Below, in pieces: positions 50,284 through 62,188 of a stretch of 64,000 nt of DNA (its first letter is position 1; each line of letters starts with the position of its first letter). Origin of the DNA: Takakia lepidozioides. Taxonomy: Eukaryota > Plantae > Bryophyta. A model generated the notes under the pieces. It worked only from the letters and a program-made list of their open reading frames with translations, did not search any database and was not told the origin of the DNA. The position numbers were made by a program, and so were the translations under genes. Location: positions 83,080,001-83,144,000 of the forward strand of contig CM060731.1 of assembly GCA_030704615.1 (NCBI GenBank). The letters are read 5' to 3'.

Positions 50284-50589
50284 ATGCATCCCGGACCCTA
50301 TATGATGAGCTCCAGAAGTCCGGATGTTGGAGAAGGAATGAAGCAACGCCAACACTGGCGACGCCTGGGCGTCTCAAGGAGGGTTGTTCCGCTTGCGACG
50401 CCTTGGCGTCCGCAAGAAAGGGCTGCCTTATTGCCCTTCAGCCACCCTTGCGTCGAAGACGTGGCCCCCGACGCTAAGTTGCGACCGTGGGGTTTTTGTT
50501 TTGCGTGCCGACGTCGCAAAAAGGCGCCGCGGGGTTGCATCGCGGCTCACAACGCGCGCCCAACGTGGGGGCCGCGGCTTGGCGTTGCT

Positions 50590-50621
<32 letters not shown>

Positions 50622-50632
50622 TTTGCAGTATG
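50284..50632 (+). mobile_element. CACTA subterminal region / degenerate end
   Basis: Dense GCGACG/CGTCGC repeats, then poly-C and gcagtatg, mirroring the 18164 end. Confidence 0.5.
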
Positions 50633-50737
50633 GTCTTCTGTCGTACATGATGTGTGCAAGGTCCTGTAATACATTAGCTCGTAATCCCGATCTTTCACCT
50701 TTGTGTCTGCATTCTTTTGCCAGGCTCGTCGAACATG

Positions 50738-51076
50738 TCACAAGCGTGCAGGAAAATGGCACAGTCCCCCCACATAGATCTGTTTCTTATCAGGGTCATA
50801 GACTGAAATACATATGTACATCGAAGAAATGACAGATGAATGGCGATGTGGATGCTGGAGATACCTAATGGCAGCGATATCTGCATCTGCGTCGTCCACA
50901 ATGAAGACATTGGGCCGCCATTGCACTTGCATGCTTTTCATCTGTTGGTTTATTGCTTGCATCCAAGGCCGCATATCCATGGTTTTGCATCTGGCCGTGA
51001 TAATGTATGCGACTGGAATACCATTCAGCCACTCATCAAGTACCATCATGGTGTATAGGGGATACTGCAATGACAA
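50738..51076 (-). pseudogene. MULE transposase fragment
   Basis: YPLYTMMVLDEWLNGIPVAYII...WRPNVFIVDDADADIAAI is a typical MULE domain. Confidence 0.75.
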
Positions 51077-52418
51077 TCATGTAAAACTCGGAGAGTGTGG
51101 ACTGGAAGAAAAACACATAACTTATTATGTGGAGTGCATTTGAATGTTCAATCACATTGTGGTTTAAAATGAGACCCACATTTTTCTCATTTGTTCCGAA
51201 GGTTGCATCACACCAAGTATTTTAGTGGGACCTTGTGGGGATAATTATGAAAGGTTATAGTGACCGCCTAGAATAGGGTGGGAGGGTGTTGCTTCCTTCC
51301 AACTTTGGCTTGTTCGGTGAGCTTGTGGTAGTGTGTTGGGTGTGTGGAGTGGGATCATAGCGGAGGTGGAGTTCAAGAGCTGCAAGTTTGGGCAGGTAGG
51401 TGGTAGGCTTTGTAGGTGTGGAAAGAATGCATTGGGGATGTTTGGATTATTTGAGTAACGTACACGGGATGTAACTGAAGGTTCTGTTCTTTGGAAGCAG
51501 TCAGGGTGCAACTGGTAAGTGACTCGGTTGGGTTCTATAGTTGTGAGTAGTGGACATTAATAGGAAGTTGCACCAAGGGATGTGGTTTGATGGATGGGTT
51601 TTGTTGTGTGGCGAAGTTGATTGTGATGGCGGCGGTGCGCCCACTGTATGGCTCCATGCGCTAGTCAGCTTTGTGTGCCAGTTGTCCTGCCAGGGGGTGT
51701 GCAACCCCCTGGCTTGTCTAGTAGTACCATTTGCGCATGCCCTATAGATCCAAAGATGCAAATCCATAAGGGCACATGAGTGGGCTACAGTAGTATGCGT
51801 GGATAAGTTTTAGCAAAGTTTCTCAAGATCAAACGGCACTGAATGCCAAACTCAAAGCTCAACTACTCAGATCAAATGTATGTATCTGAATTTCTCTAGG
51901 GCTGTGGACAATACCCAAAGACAAAATCATCAAGCATAAAGTCTCAAGATTTTAATGGCACCCCCACACCCCAGAACTGGTGCGGCCACCATGCCTTGGA
52001 ATTCAATAGAGCACAAGCCCTCTCCCTGCCTAGGCTTCCTCGAGACTTGATCACTCAAAATTATGCAACAAAAAAAACCACACTAAAAGATATCTGAAAA
52101 TAGTTCACTAACAAGTAACCGCTGGTAATAATCACTCATGACGAGTCATCGTACAACCAGAATAAGTCCTAGTAGGGAAACGTGAACGGAATGCAGACAC
52201 ATAAAATACCAGCAGGTTTTCCCATTAATGTTCCACAAGGTCTCAGTAAACCCCCCAACCTTCCTACATTGTGACCTTTGGAGGTAGGTTAACAGCATTA
52301 AGTATCCATTGAGAATTGACAAATTTGTACACACGCAGAGACGCAAAGAGGACAGAGGAAATATAGGAGAAGAGAAAAGATGAGAGAGCAAGCAAGCATC
52401 TGAAACCCTAGATTCACT

Positions 52419-55400
52419 TCACAAAGGGCAATTTCTGGGGTTAAATGCCTGCGCAGCCTTAAACGCAGCACGGCTCGACCGCTCACGGCGAGCCTCGATC
52501 ACACAAATGCAATGCACTGAGGTGAGATTAAGGCAGCCACTTATAATTAACGAAGGCCGTTCAGGACATGTGTGAAGCTCTGGAAATGCATCACACACTG
52601 CCTGCACAGCCAGGGCCGACAAGGCTGTACACCCACTAAGATTTAGCGACACCAAGCCATGGCCTTCGGGGTCCCCCAGGAGGGCATCAAATCCGCCCTT
52701 GGTGAATGCAGGGGGGTTGCTTGCATCGCTGCTGCTACAGCTGCTACCACTGCTGGTGCTACAGCTGCCTGCACTGCTGCGGGTGAAGACGCTGCTAGAA
52801 GACATAAAATTTCGAGCACTCCCAGAGTACTGGCTTCCCTCCCTGCCACCTGTGCTGTAGCTGCTGCGCTTTGCCTTTCTCATTGAACTGCGGAGCTTGC
52901 TGTTGTTGACGAGCGCGTACATGGCAAGATCAGTGATGTTCCGGCAGCAATGGAGGCCTAAGGCCCGGAGCTGATGGCACTTGTCCGCTAGTACTATTAC
53001 GCTCCGATCTGCATTATAAATAAAAATGAGAAAGCTTCCCAGACTCCTTATGCAGTCTAGACTATTTAAAAAATACGAGTCCCACAACCCTGCAGTTCAC
53101 TTTTTTTAGCTCCCATGTGCAGCATGCTGTGCTTCCCTATTTATCTCATGGGAAAGTTTAAGGTCTAAGAGATGGTTGTGTGCAATCAACCATTATGTTG
53201 TCTCCCCTCCACCCCCTTTGTATCTACCAGTTTCTATTGTACTCTCCCTCTCCCCGTCCTCTAGGAAGCCTATTGCCATTGGGTGAACTTGATACGGGAG
53301 TACATTAATGTCTCTGTGACTAAATGCCGGCCTTGTGACCTGGTGTCTTTCTTTGTTTCGACCTGAAGCGCTTTGCTCCAGGTAAGGTAGTGCATTGGAT
53401 TTAGTTGGAAAGTTTGGGGCCTTTCCCTCTTTAGAAATGCCTACACGGGCCATTCCCTGCAGCTCCCTGGAGTGTGATCTCTGAATGGTAACAAGCGGAC
53501 CCCTACCGCTTGGGGGCAGCCCCTCCGTCCAAATTGGGCAGTCGTATGCTCTGTCTAGCATACTCGGCACTTGGGCTAGGGTTGGTCCTTGTGCTTAAAC
53601 TTATACCTGCGCATCCAATCATTACTTTACCTCTTACCAACATCAGCACTCCCCAGGGTGATTCCTGGGAATTGGTTACTTCTGCCAAATCTAGGGCTTC
53701 ATGTGTAGTTTTTGGGGTGAATCCCGGGATGGACGATGTGTCCTTTAAAACTACATGCTCTAGCTTAGGCTTGGATTTCATGGCTAATGGTTCCATCTCG
53801 AGACTTGATAACAGGGGTACGTTGAAGGTTGCAATGCCCAAAAATGCTTCTAATAGAGTCTCACATCAATTCAATCTTAAAGAAATTCATCCCTTGACTG
53901 GCTGGAGAGCGGTCTTAGACATTGGTGATTCAATGGGGCGCTCTAGGAAGACAACCAAGGGCAGGGACTTCAACTTGAGAGTTTCTAATCGGTTAGATGC
54001 TCTGGATGAGGTTGAATCCAAACAGCCAGACGGACAATCTGCCGTACGGGACCTGAACGTCCTGTATCTGAAGGATTTGGTACTTTGAATGGTTTACCAA
54101 TCCTCAAAGTTTACACAAGACGAGCAAAATCTATACACGGGGTAATTGTCCCCAAGCAGTCAGATGATCTGTCCCTAAGTGTGCAGAGCCTGAACGTCGT
54201 GTAACTGAAGGATTTGGTACTCTGAATGGTTTACCAATCCTCAAAGTTTACACAAGACAAGCAAATTCTATACACGGGGTAATTTCCCCCAAGCAGTCAG
54301 ACGGACAATCTGTCCCTAAGTGTGCGGAGCCTGAACGTCGTCGTGTAACTGAAGGATTTGGTACTCTGAATGGTTTACCAATCCTCAAAGTTTACACAAG
54401 ACGAGCAAAATCTACACCCGGCGGAACTGTCCCCCCTTTGCAGAACGGTTGGCCGTCCAGGAGCAATCATAAGCTACCTAGACGACAAACAATTCACATG
54501 CAAAGGGCTGGCGTGCAGCTGGGCACTTTCAACTTCTCAGGGCTGACTAACCAAAGGAAACAACTCGAAGTGGGACAAGTTCTTCGGGCCAATGACATTC
54601 ATATTTGTGCTGGTCAAGAGACATGGGAAACACCGGATAAATTGGTTGGAGATGTCAGTGGGTATAAATGGACAGGTAAGATGTGTACTCTCAAGGCAGC
54701 CTCTGCCAAACGCGGTAAAAAAGGGGTTGGATTCTGTCCGTGATTTCTTGTTTGACAATTGTGAAATTATCAACAAGGGCTTGAGGTATGAGCATAGTAT
54801 CTGGCTAAAACTGAAACTGAAGGGCGGCGTGAATACGAAGGACCTCTTTGTGGGTTGTGTATACATGCCCACAGAGGGGACCCTTAGTGCTGACGCAGAC
54901 AAAGCCTTCGAAGATGTAAAGCTGGACTGTGCTTCGTTCCTTGCCAAAGGTCCGGTGGTTCTATTGGGTGACTTCAATGCCCGGGTGGGCAAAGGTCTCC
55001 ATCAGAATGATAACATTGGGCCTTTTGGTGAGGACGAGCTGAATTCTAATGGCAGACGGTTAATTAACTGTCTGGAAGAGCTTCAGCTTTTGACCTTGAA
55101 TAACAGGACAAGAGGTGACCAAGTGCAGTGGACTCGTGAGAGAACCGAAACTGGGGAACGTTCCATTGTGGATTATATCATAATGGACAAAAATTTGTTT
55201 CCCCAGTGTGCCAATGTGTTGATCGACAGAACTGATATTGGTACCTCTGACCACTTCCTGGTTTGGACTGAGATCAAAAGGTGTTTTCCCAACACCAAGA
55301 GATCTGTGAAACGTTCGATTCGGAAGTGGCGCATAGAAAAATTCCATAATGAAGAGGTCAATGCTGGTATGTCCAGGCCTTGCAAGAGGCTCTCCCTCAT

Positions 55401-57042
55401 TTTGTCCACTCGCTCCAAGAACTTCAGTCTCGCTCTGACAATGCAAGAAATGAAGTCGAAAGAGCAGTGGACTCTTGGGAGAGTTTCGTCTCCTCTGTGG
55501 CTGACAAGATCATTGGGAGGAAACTAATTGTCTGCGGTAGAGCTGTTAATTGGTGGACCAATGAGATTGAACTCAAGATAGCTGAGAGACGAGTCCTCTA
55601 TAAAGAGTGCTGCAATTTGAAAACCAACAGAGAATTGTGGGCGAGGTACTACCAGCTCCGTAAAGAGGTCTAGTTTTTGGGCAAATCACACACAGCAGAT
55701 TGATGCTTGTGTGAAGGGATTTCTAGAGGATATCTGGAAAACCCAAATCAATTTTTTGTATCAAGGTAAGTCTTACTACCAACGTCAGCCCCTGACAGAG
55801 GTAGTTTCTGTCCCTTTGTGTTCCGCTCAAACTGGGCGCGGGGTCAATGGCCACAAGGCTACGGCAAACAACGTCTTATGAGTACATTCTATTGTACTCT
55901 CCCTGGCCATCATCTTGAACCCTCAGAGCTGGTTGGAGTGCATAGAGAGACAAACCTGTGATGTTGAAGCAACCACAGAGATCAACAATGCGCAAGTCTG
56001 GGCATCCAAGTGCCAGTGCAGTCACACCAATGTCAGTGATACATTCACACCATCCCACATTGAGTGACTGTAGCCCACTGCAATTCTGTGCTAGTGCCTG
56101 CAGCCCCACACAGCAATGAAGCCAGTTAACTGCAAAGACAGATTTAGAGGAGATCCTCAACAAGGAAAAGAGGAAGGAAAAATAACATGTCTGTGAACGG
56201 GACACTGAGACCAAGAGAGAAGAAATTGAGGAGTATTATCACAAAAAATAGGTGACTGTACCAGCATGGCAGCATCGGAACAGGCATTGTAGCAACCACA
56301 GAGATTGAGGTGCCGCAAGCCATTGCAATGCTGTGCCAGACGCACTAGGCCTTTCTCTGTGATTTCTGCACATCCACTGAGATCCAGCTTATCCAATTGT
56401 GGGCATCCATTGGCTAGGGCGTACAACGACTTATTGGTGAGCTTTCTGTCGTTTGTCAAGTCAAGGGCCCGCAGATCATGCCAGTTGGCACCTACTGCTT
56501 CAATTGCTTGGTCATTCAGAGAGGCACAGCGCCGAAGGTTACAGCTCTGCAGACGCGAAAACTTAGGAGCCACCGACTGCACTAGCTTGCTCACGCTTTT
56601 TCCACACCTGTTGTTTCATGTGCGCCCACTTCAGTCCTTCTTTACATCTCTTCCTTAGACACAACAGAAGATTTCACCCAACATATCAGACACTGAATGC
56701 AGTAGCAACAGCTTACCATGAAAAGGAGAGCTCAAAAATGCCCATGTGCATGGAGTCTCGCCAACTGGCACAAACCCCACACGCAACCACCACAGTACGA
56801 TTATCCACCAGTGCAAGAATCCGCACTAGCAATTCCATTGGCAGATCTTGCCACTTGGATTCCACAGCGTCCAAAGCATTGGCTGATTCATTATCATCTG
56901 GACTAACTGCTGTACTCCGCTTCTGCATCATTCGCTTACACTTCTGTTTCATATCCCGTGGAGCGGATTCCATTTCATCTTCCTCAGAGGCCCAAAAGTG
57001 TGATAGGCCTGAGGAGTTACGTGGAACTCCTCTCCCCTTCAT
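52419..57042 (-). CDS. SKP2: F-box/LRR protein, SKP2A/B-like (4 coding exons seen; 5' end uncertain)
   Basis: Exons 57042-56717, 56607-56262, 56097-55956 and 53008-52419 with GT-AG boundaries sum to 1404 nt. F-box WQDLPMELLVRIL, Cys-containing LRRs (LDLSGC, LNLCGC, LNVGWCE) and C-terminal LHTCPER.SLIISGCLNLTSVHC. Confidence 0.88.
53250..55886 (+). mobile_element. LINE copy retaining 5' region and APE endonuclease, with ~2.2 kb internal deletion of RT, in F-box intron 3
   Basis: APE motifs (TFNFSGL, QETW, CVYMP, LLGDFNAR, SIVDYI, SDHFLV). Deletion junction at ~55666. Family 3' end GAGTACA at 55880-55886. 18-bp TSD ttctattgtactctccct at 53232-53249 and 55887-55904. Confidence 0.92.
54021..54420 (+). 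repeat. ~3 x 137-141 bp tandem repeat in the LINE 5' region
   Basis: cctgaacgtc...gaaggatttggtact.tgaatggtttaccaatcctcaaagtttacacaagac occurs three times. Confidence 0.9.
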
Positions 57043-57430
57043 TCTGTTCAATCCCACTGGCGCCACATCACTAACCTCTGCCAGGTCTGAAGGGCTGCAA
57101 ACAGCTTGAAGATCATAAATTTGCCCTGAACATCAACGAAGTCGATAAAACCTGGTTAAGTAGAAGGCAAGTTGGTTTCAGGATTGGCCAAACATTTTGA
57201 CCCTAGCTGCAAGAGATGTATGAAGACCCCTGCATCCAAATTGGGAAATCCTAGAGCAATGTCTAGCTGCCCAGGAACCACACTATACCAATCCCATTAG
57301 AATAATCTTCAAAGTGTATATGTGAGAAAGAGACGAGAGAGAATGGAACTGTATACCATCCTGAGGAAGCCCAGAGCGTATGGGGAGAGAGAATGACACC
57401 TTAATCTACGAAAGTTTGAGTCCAGTAGTC

Positions 57431-57624
57431 TTCGGTTATATTTCAGTCTTCACCTTTAAGAATCTTAGAGATCTCATGCCCCAAGAGACTGTTCTGTCTG
57501 CTCTCAGTGAATGCTCTCAAAGAATGCTCTCAATTTTGTATGCCATGTTCATGTTCAGTTATATTTCAGTCTTCACCTTCAGGAATATTAGAGATCCCAT
57601 GCCCCAAGAGAATGTTCTGCCTGC
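57431..57624. repeat. Degenerate ~70-bp direct repeat (period 123 bp)
   Basis: ttc.gttatatttcagtcttcacctt...atgccccaagaga..gttctg.ctgc at 57431 and 57554. Confidence 0.75.
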
Positions 57625-59002
57625 AGGTACTCCTTACTTGAAGAGTTGCACATAGCACTCAGAGAGTACTCAAATGCTCAAAAGTAGAGTATTGACAAGA
57701 GGTGTCATACAAAATCTAAACAACCTTTACCCCTCCACTGTCTGGTAGACCAGCAAGACCAGCAAGACCTACTTCACCAACGGGTAGCTAAGACAAAAGC
57801 AAGTACACCATATTCTTGGAAATCCTCTGCAGAAAACAAAGGATGGTCAAAGCCTCATCAAAAAGTTTTGCAGGCAATGTCCGCACTATGTGAAATGCAC
57901 CTTTGGAGCTAGGAGTGCTAGTATGTTACAGCACTCTGACAGATACGCCCAACTGTACTTCCCCAATGGGATTAACTGTGCACACACTAGGGAACTTCCG
58001 ACACCACAGAGAGGGGCTTGGGTGGAGCATGACGGGGAAGGCAAATAGTGAATTGTGAAAAGAAAAGCTTCCCTTTTAAGAATTGATGTTTGAGCTTACT
58101 TGTGCCATAATTATGTGAATACCACCAGATATGCATGGGCAAAGGACCCCACTGCCCTGGGGCACCAAACTTCCCACCTTCTGTTCTGGAATTGGAGAGA
58201 CCACTAGCTCCAGCAGCTTATCTACTCAGGAGATCAAGTTCTCAGGCATTCCCAGCTTATGCTGACATAAAACCTGGTGGGTAATAAACCCTCCAGGAAC
58301 AACAACTGGTCATATTTCTCTCGGGTAGGCCTCAAGGGTGGTTCATCAAGTCAGTTTCTCTATTTACATCTCGGATGCCTTGCTTGGAGTTCCTCACAAG
58401 ATTGTTGCACAAATCTCCCACCAGTCCTGAGCACTCATTCTTGAGCCAGAATTCTATCAGTAGATAATACCCTTCAGAACTGTGTTCAAATCAGTATCAA
58501 AGGATTCAACTGCAAAGATACGGACAGCTGCAATTTTCTTCACTAGTTCTGTAATATGGAAGTCTACCTACTCTCATCAAATTATGGTAAATCGAAGAGA
58601 ATTTATCCATCCATGAAGAAGAGACAAAACCCATACTCTTCTCTTTTCAATCAAAGACACAATCTGATTCCTTTTGCTTTCATGGACTGACATGATGAAC
58701 TGGTAGAAAATAATCCCATGTTTCACACCAACAACCCAACTGCAGAGAGACCGAGACCGAACATCAAGATCAGCTGGGTGCAGTCACACAGAGATTGGCA
58801 ACATGAGTACAATGAAGTTTGCAACTAGGAAGAGTAATTCAGGTGCACTTTAGTGGCCCCCCAAAGGGTAAGTCCAGGAGAAACTTCCGGTATGAAACAT
58901 TGGAGTATACTATGAAGTGCACATAGGACAGGCCAACAACAAGCAAAACTTGTGGGGACATCTCACATCACCAGAGCAACAATACCCATCATACTAGAGA
59001 GA

Positions 59003-59084
59003 GTGTACTCATAAGACGTTTTTGTTGCCGTAGCCTGTGGCCATTGAACCCGCGCCCAGTTTGAGCAGAACACAAAGACTCCAC
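59003..59084 (-). mobile_element. ~82-bp LINE 3'-end copy inserted at the 3' junction of an older copy
   Basis: 13-bp TSD catactagagaga at 58990-59002 and 59085-59097. Confidence 0.85.
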
Positions 59085-59097
59085 CATACTAGAGAGA

Positions 59098-60440
59098 ATG
59101 TACTCATAAGACATTGTTTGCCGTAGCCTTGTGGCCATAGACCCCGGGCGGAACAAAAGGGAACAGACACTACCTTTATAAGGGGCTCACTCTGGAAGCG
59201 GGACTTACCTTGGTATAAACAATTGGTTCGGGCTTTCCTGATTTCCTCTAGAAATTCCTTCACACAAGCATCGATCTGCTGTGTGGCCTGCCCAGCAATT
59301 AGAACCCAACAGGGCCAGGGCTTAAGGCTCAACCTCCAGATTTTGAAAGCAGGTGCAGAGACTATGTTCTCGATGGACCGGAAGAGGATTGCTCTCTGAT
59401 GAGATTACCCCGGACATTGTATCAGAAAATGGATAGTGTCTTAAAGCTGCCCAGACATCGGGCTCGACTATCTCCCTTTTATTGCCCAAAGGTTGACTCC
59501 CTGCCCTCAATTTAAATTTCAGTCTCGTGCCGAGGGTAGGTAGACCCTTCAGAACGTCCTTAAGGTCCTCACCCCATGTCACAAACTGGAAACAATTTCA
59601 GGGACTATTTATGCATAACTTCGTTTCGTTCGGATATTCTTCGTGCTTCTGACATGGCCTTAGACACTTCAGCCTCCAAGTCAGCTTCATCTACCAGGGT
59701 CAGTTCTTCCTGCCTAATATTCAGATAATTGCCTCTACCTTTTTCCATCAGGACTTAGTCTGTTTAACAGGAAGGTCTTGCTTCCAAGAAATAGAGTCGT
59801 TCATCTTAGGGTATCTGGTGTAAGGCATGTGATTCAACTGACCCCACCATCTGACCATGAACTCATCATGTCGCGTGCTCAAGGGTTGTCCGCCAAACTC
59901 GCCCGAGCGGCCACGTTAGCTGTTCTAGCGCTGAAATACTCTTAAGGATTTCTGAAGTTTTAGCATGCTTGGAATTGCCCTCCCAAACGGCAGATCCATA
60001 CTCCAAGGTCCGTGGCTGGGAAAAAATGTTATAGCTTTATGGATTGCTTTTCCGGGTTGGTCCTTTTCTAATTCAGTATTAATCCCTCTGCAGTGAAAAA
60101 ATTGAGTGAGACCCAAAGCTTTGTGTTTAGCTGGTGAACCACTTTTTGTATATGCGCATACCAGTTACAACTAGAGGAAAACTCAACAACAAGATATGCG
60201 TAGGAAAGGAGCACGGGGATCTCTGCACTGCCCCATGTCCATTTGAGATACCCTTCTCCCTCCCCACGATCATTGATACTAACATTGCCTCCACATGTCA
60301 AGATACCTCTTCGCACAATAATCAATCAACTCCTGAAGATTGGATCGGGTATCCCCTAGGTCCGCGAATTTATCCGCAAACATAATAAACATAATAGCTG
60401 GTATGGTGGCATCGCCCACCTTTAACCCCACATCTTCTTC
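59098..60440 (-). mobile_element. Older, diverged LINE copy of the same family
   Basis: [29 protein letters not shown] and YLVVEFSSSCNW remnants. Ends at (GA)n ~60445-60476. Confidence 0.85.
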
Positions 60441-60441
60441 A

Positions 60442-60478
<37 letters not shown>

Positions 60479-62188
60479 TCAGCTGCAAAGTAGGTAGGCA
60501 TAAGGGGTAAATAACAGGGTCCGGAACTATACCTTCTCTGGAATTCATAACTTGACGATGACGACAACAGCCACTTTACACCTTCGTCGACTGAATTGCA
60601 ATACTCGGGAGTTGCCAGTTGTCTCTTCTCACGCGCTCAAAATCCCGAGCCCTTGCTTCTCCACACCGAATATGCCTTAACAATTCACGACACCAGTAAG
60701 GATTCTCTGCATCTTCCAAGCCTGAATTGCAGTTACAACAGAGTCCGCTTCTTCTTGGGATGCAGGAAGAAACCGCACAGCAAAGCACGTGAATTTCACT
60801 GTCCAGCACCTAGGAGGAAACACTAACTACCGAATTTCACAAGTGCGAACAATTCCCAGACCTGCCAAGCGTGATGCTGATCAAGGCCCGGGCTGACGTA
60901 ACACCCCAATTCAACCCCGAATTCCACACAACGGAGCTCGGATTTGGACGGAAAACCATCCACAGCGGTCTTACACAGCCTAGCGATGGATCCAAGACGC
61001 AACGGTGAGTGGACGCAGGATTGTGGCAGCAGCACAGCCCGCGGGCCTGCCAAGCTCGAAATAAAGCGGTGGCGGACGCGTGCCGTGCGAGATTTCGAGG
61101 AGCGTCCGGAACCTCCCATCTGTCTCTGCCCCAGGACACCAACCCTACTCCACCCTGGACGGACGGACGTCCATCGACGTCTCGTCCATTGCCAAAGGCG
61201 TGACGCTCTAAAGTGTCCCAAGTAGTAGGTAGACAGGTGTCCTCGGCTCCTGAGCCGGGTGTCCCAGGGGTTTGAGCCCGGCACCTTCCTCATGCCAAGT
61301 GCACCGCGCCGCGTCATGTGGAAAACGGCACGTGGCAAACAACGAGCCGGGTCCAGCCAATGATGCACTCCGATCACCCTCTTTATTTGTACTTAGCTGC
61401 CGGCGGATGGGCGTGGATAGATGGCATACTTCATCCACCCATGGAACTGACGAATCGACCCGTTGGTTGGCGCACACGGCACGTGATGTTGTGACGTGTG
61501 GCGCAAACTTGCCACGTGCCACACTTCCCTTGGCTGGCAGATGATCCTATGACAGTAGCCAGAGTTTAGCCTTTGGATGGATGAAACAAATATTCATCCC
61601 GGAATCATCGTTATAGTGGGGTAAAGGTGAGGCAGGGAAGGACGGGTCAGGCACCCGTGAGCAGTACCGGGTGGCCGGGCTTTCGTTCCCATGCCACCGG
61701 GGCTGTGATGTGTTTGCCCGGGGACACTGGGAACCAGGGCCCGTGATCTAAACAACTAAACCTGGTCCCATGATTACCGGCCAAGGCCGGAACCGGGGCT
61801 GCGTGGCCCCGGCAGTTTAAGTCACATCCCGAGTTGCGTGCGGCTAACAATCCCGGGTGGGGACGACGGGCTGGCGGCGGTGAGCGTGCTGTCCTGACTG
61901 GTGACCGGCGGTTTCATCCAGCGCGGGAAAGTGCCAACGCGAAAGTGGATCGGTTTGTGTGCGGTGTTGTGTTTCTCGTCTTTTCGTCAAGCGACAGAGT
62001 GACGCACACGCAGAGCAAGACGATGGGAGAGAAGATGCAGCGAAGGAGGAAGAGATTACGTCCTTGATGATAGTCTGTGGGGGAAGGTAGCCCGGGGGGG
62101 AAGGTGGAAAGAGGTGAACGAGAAAGATAGATAGGTAGAGAGAGGACAGCATACAGGGTTGGGGAGGGGCGAGAATTGCACAATGCTC

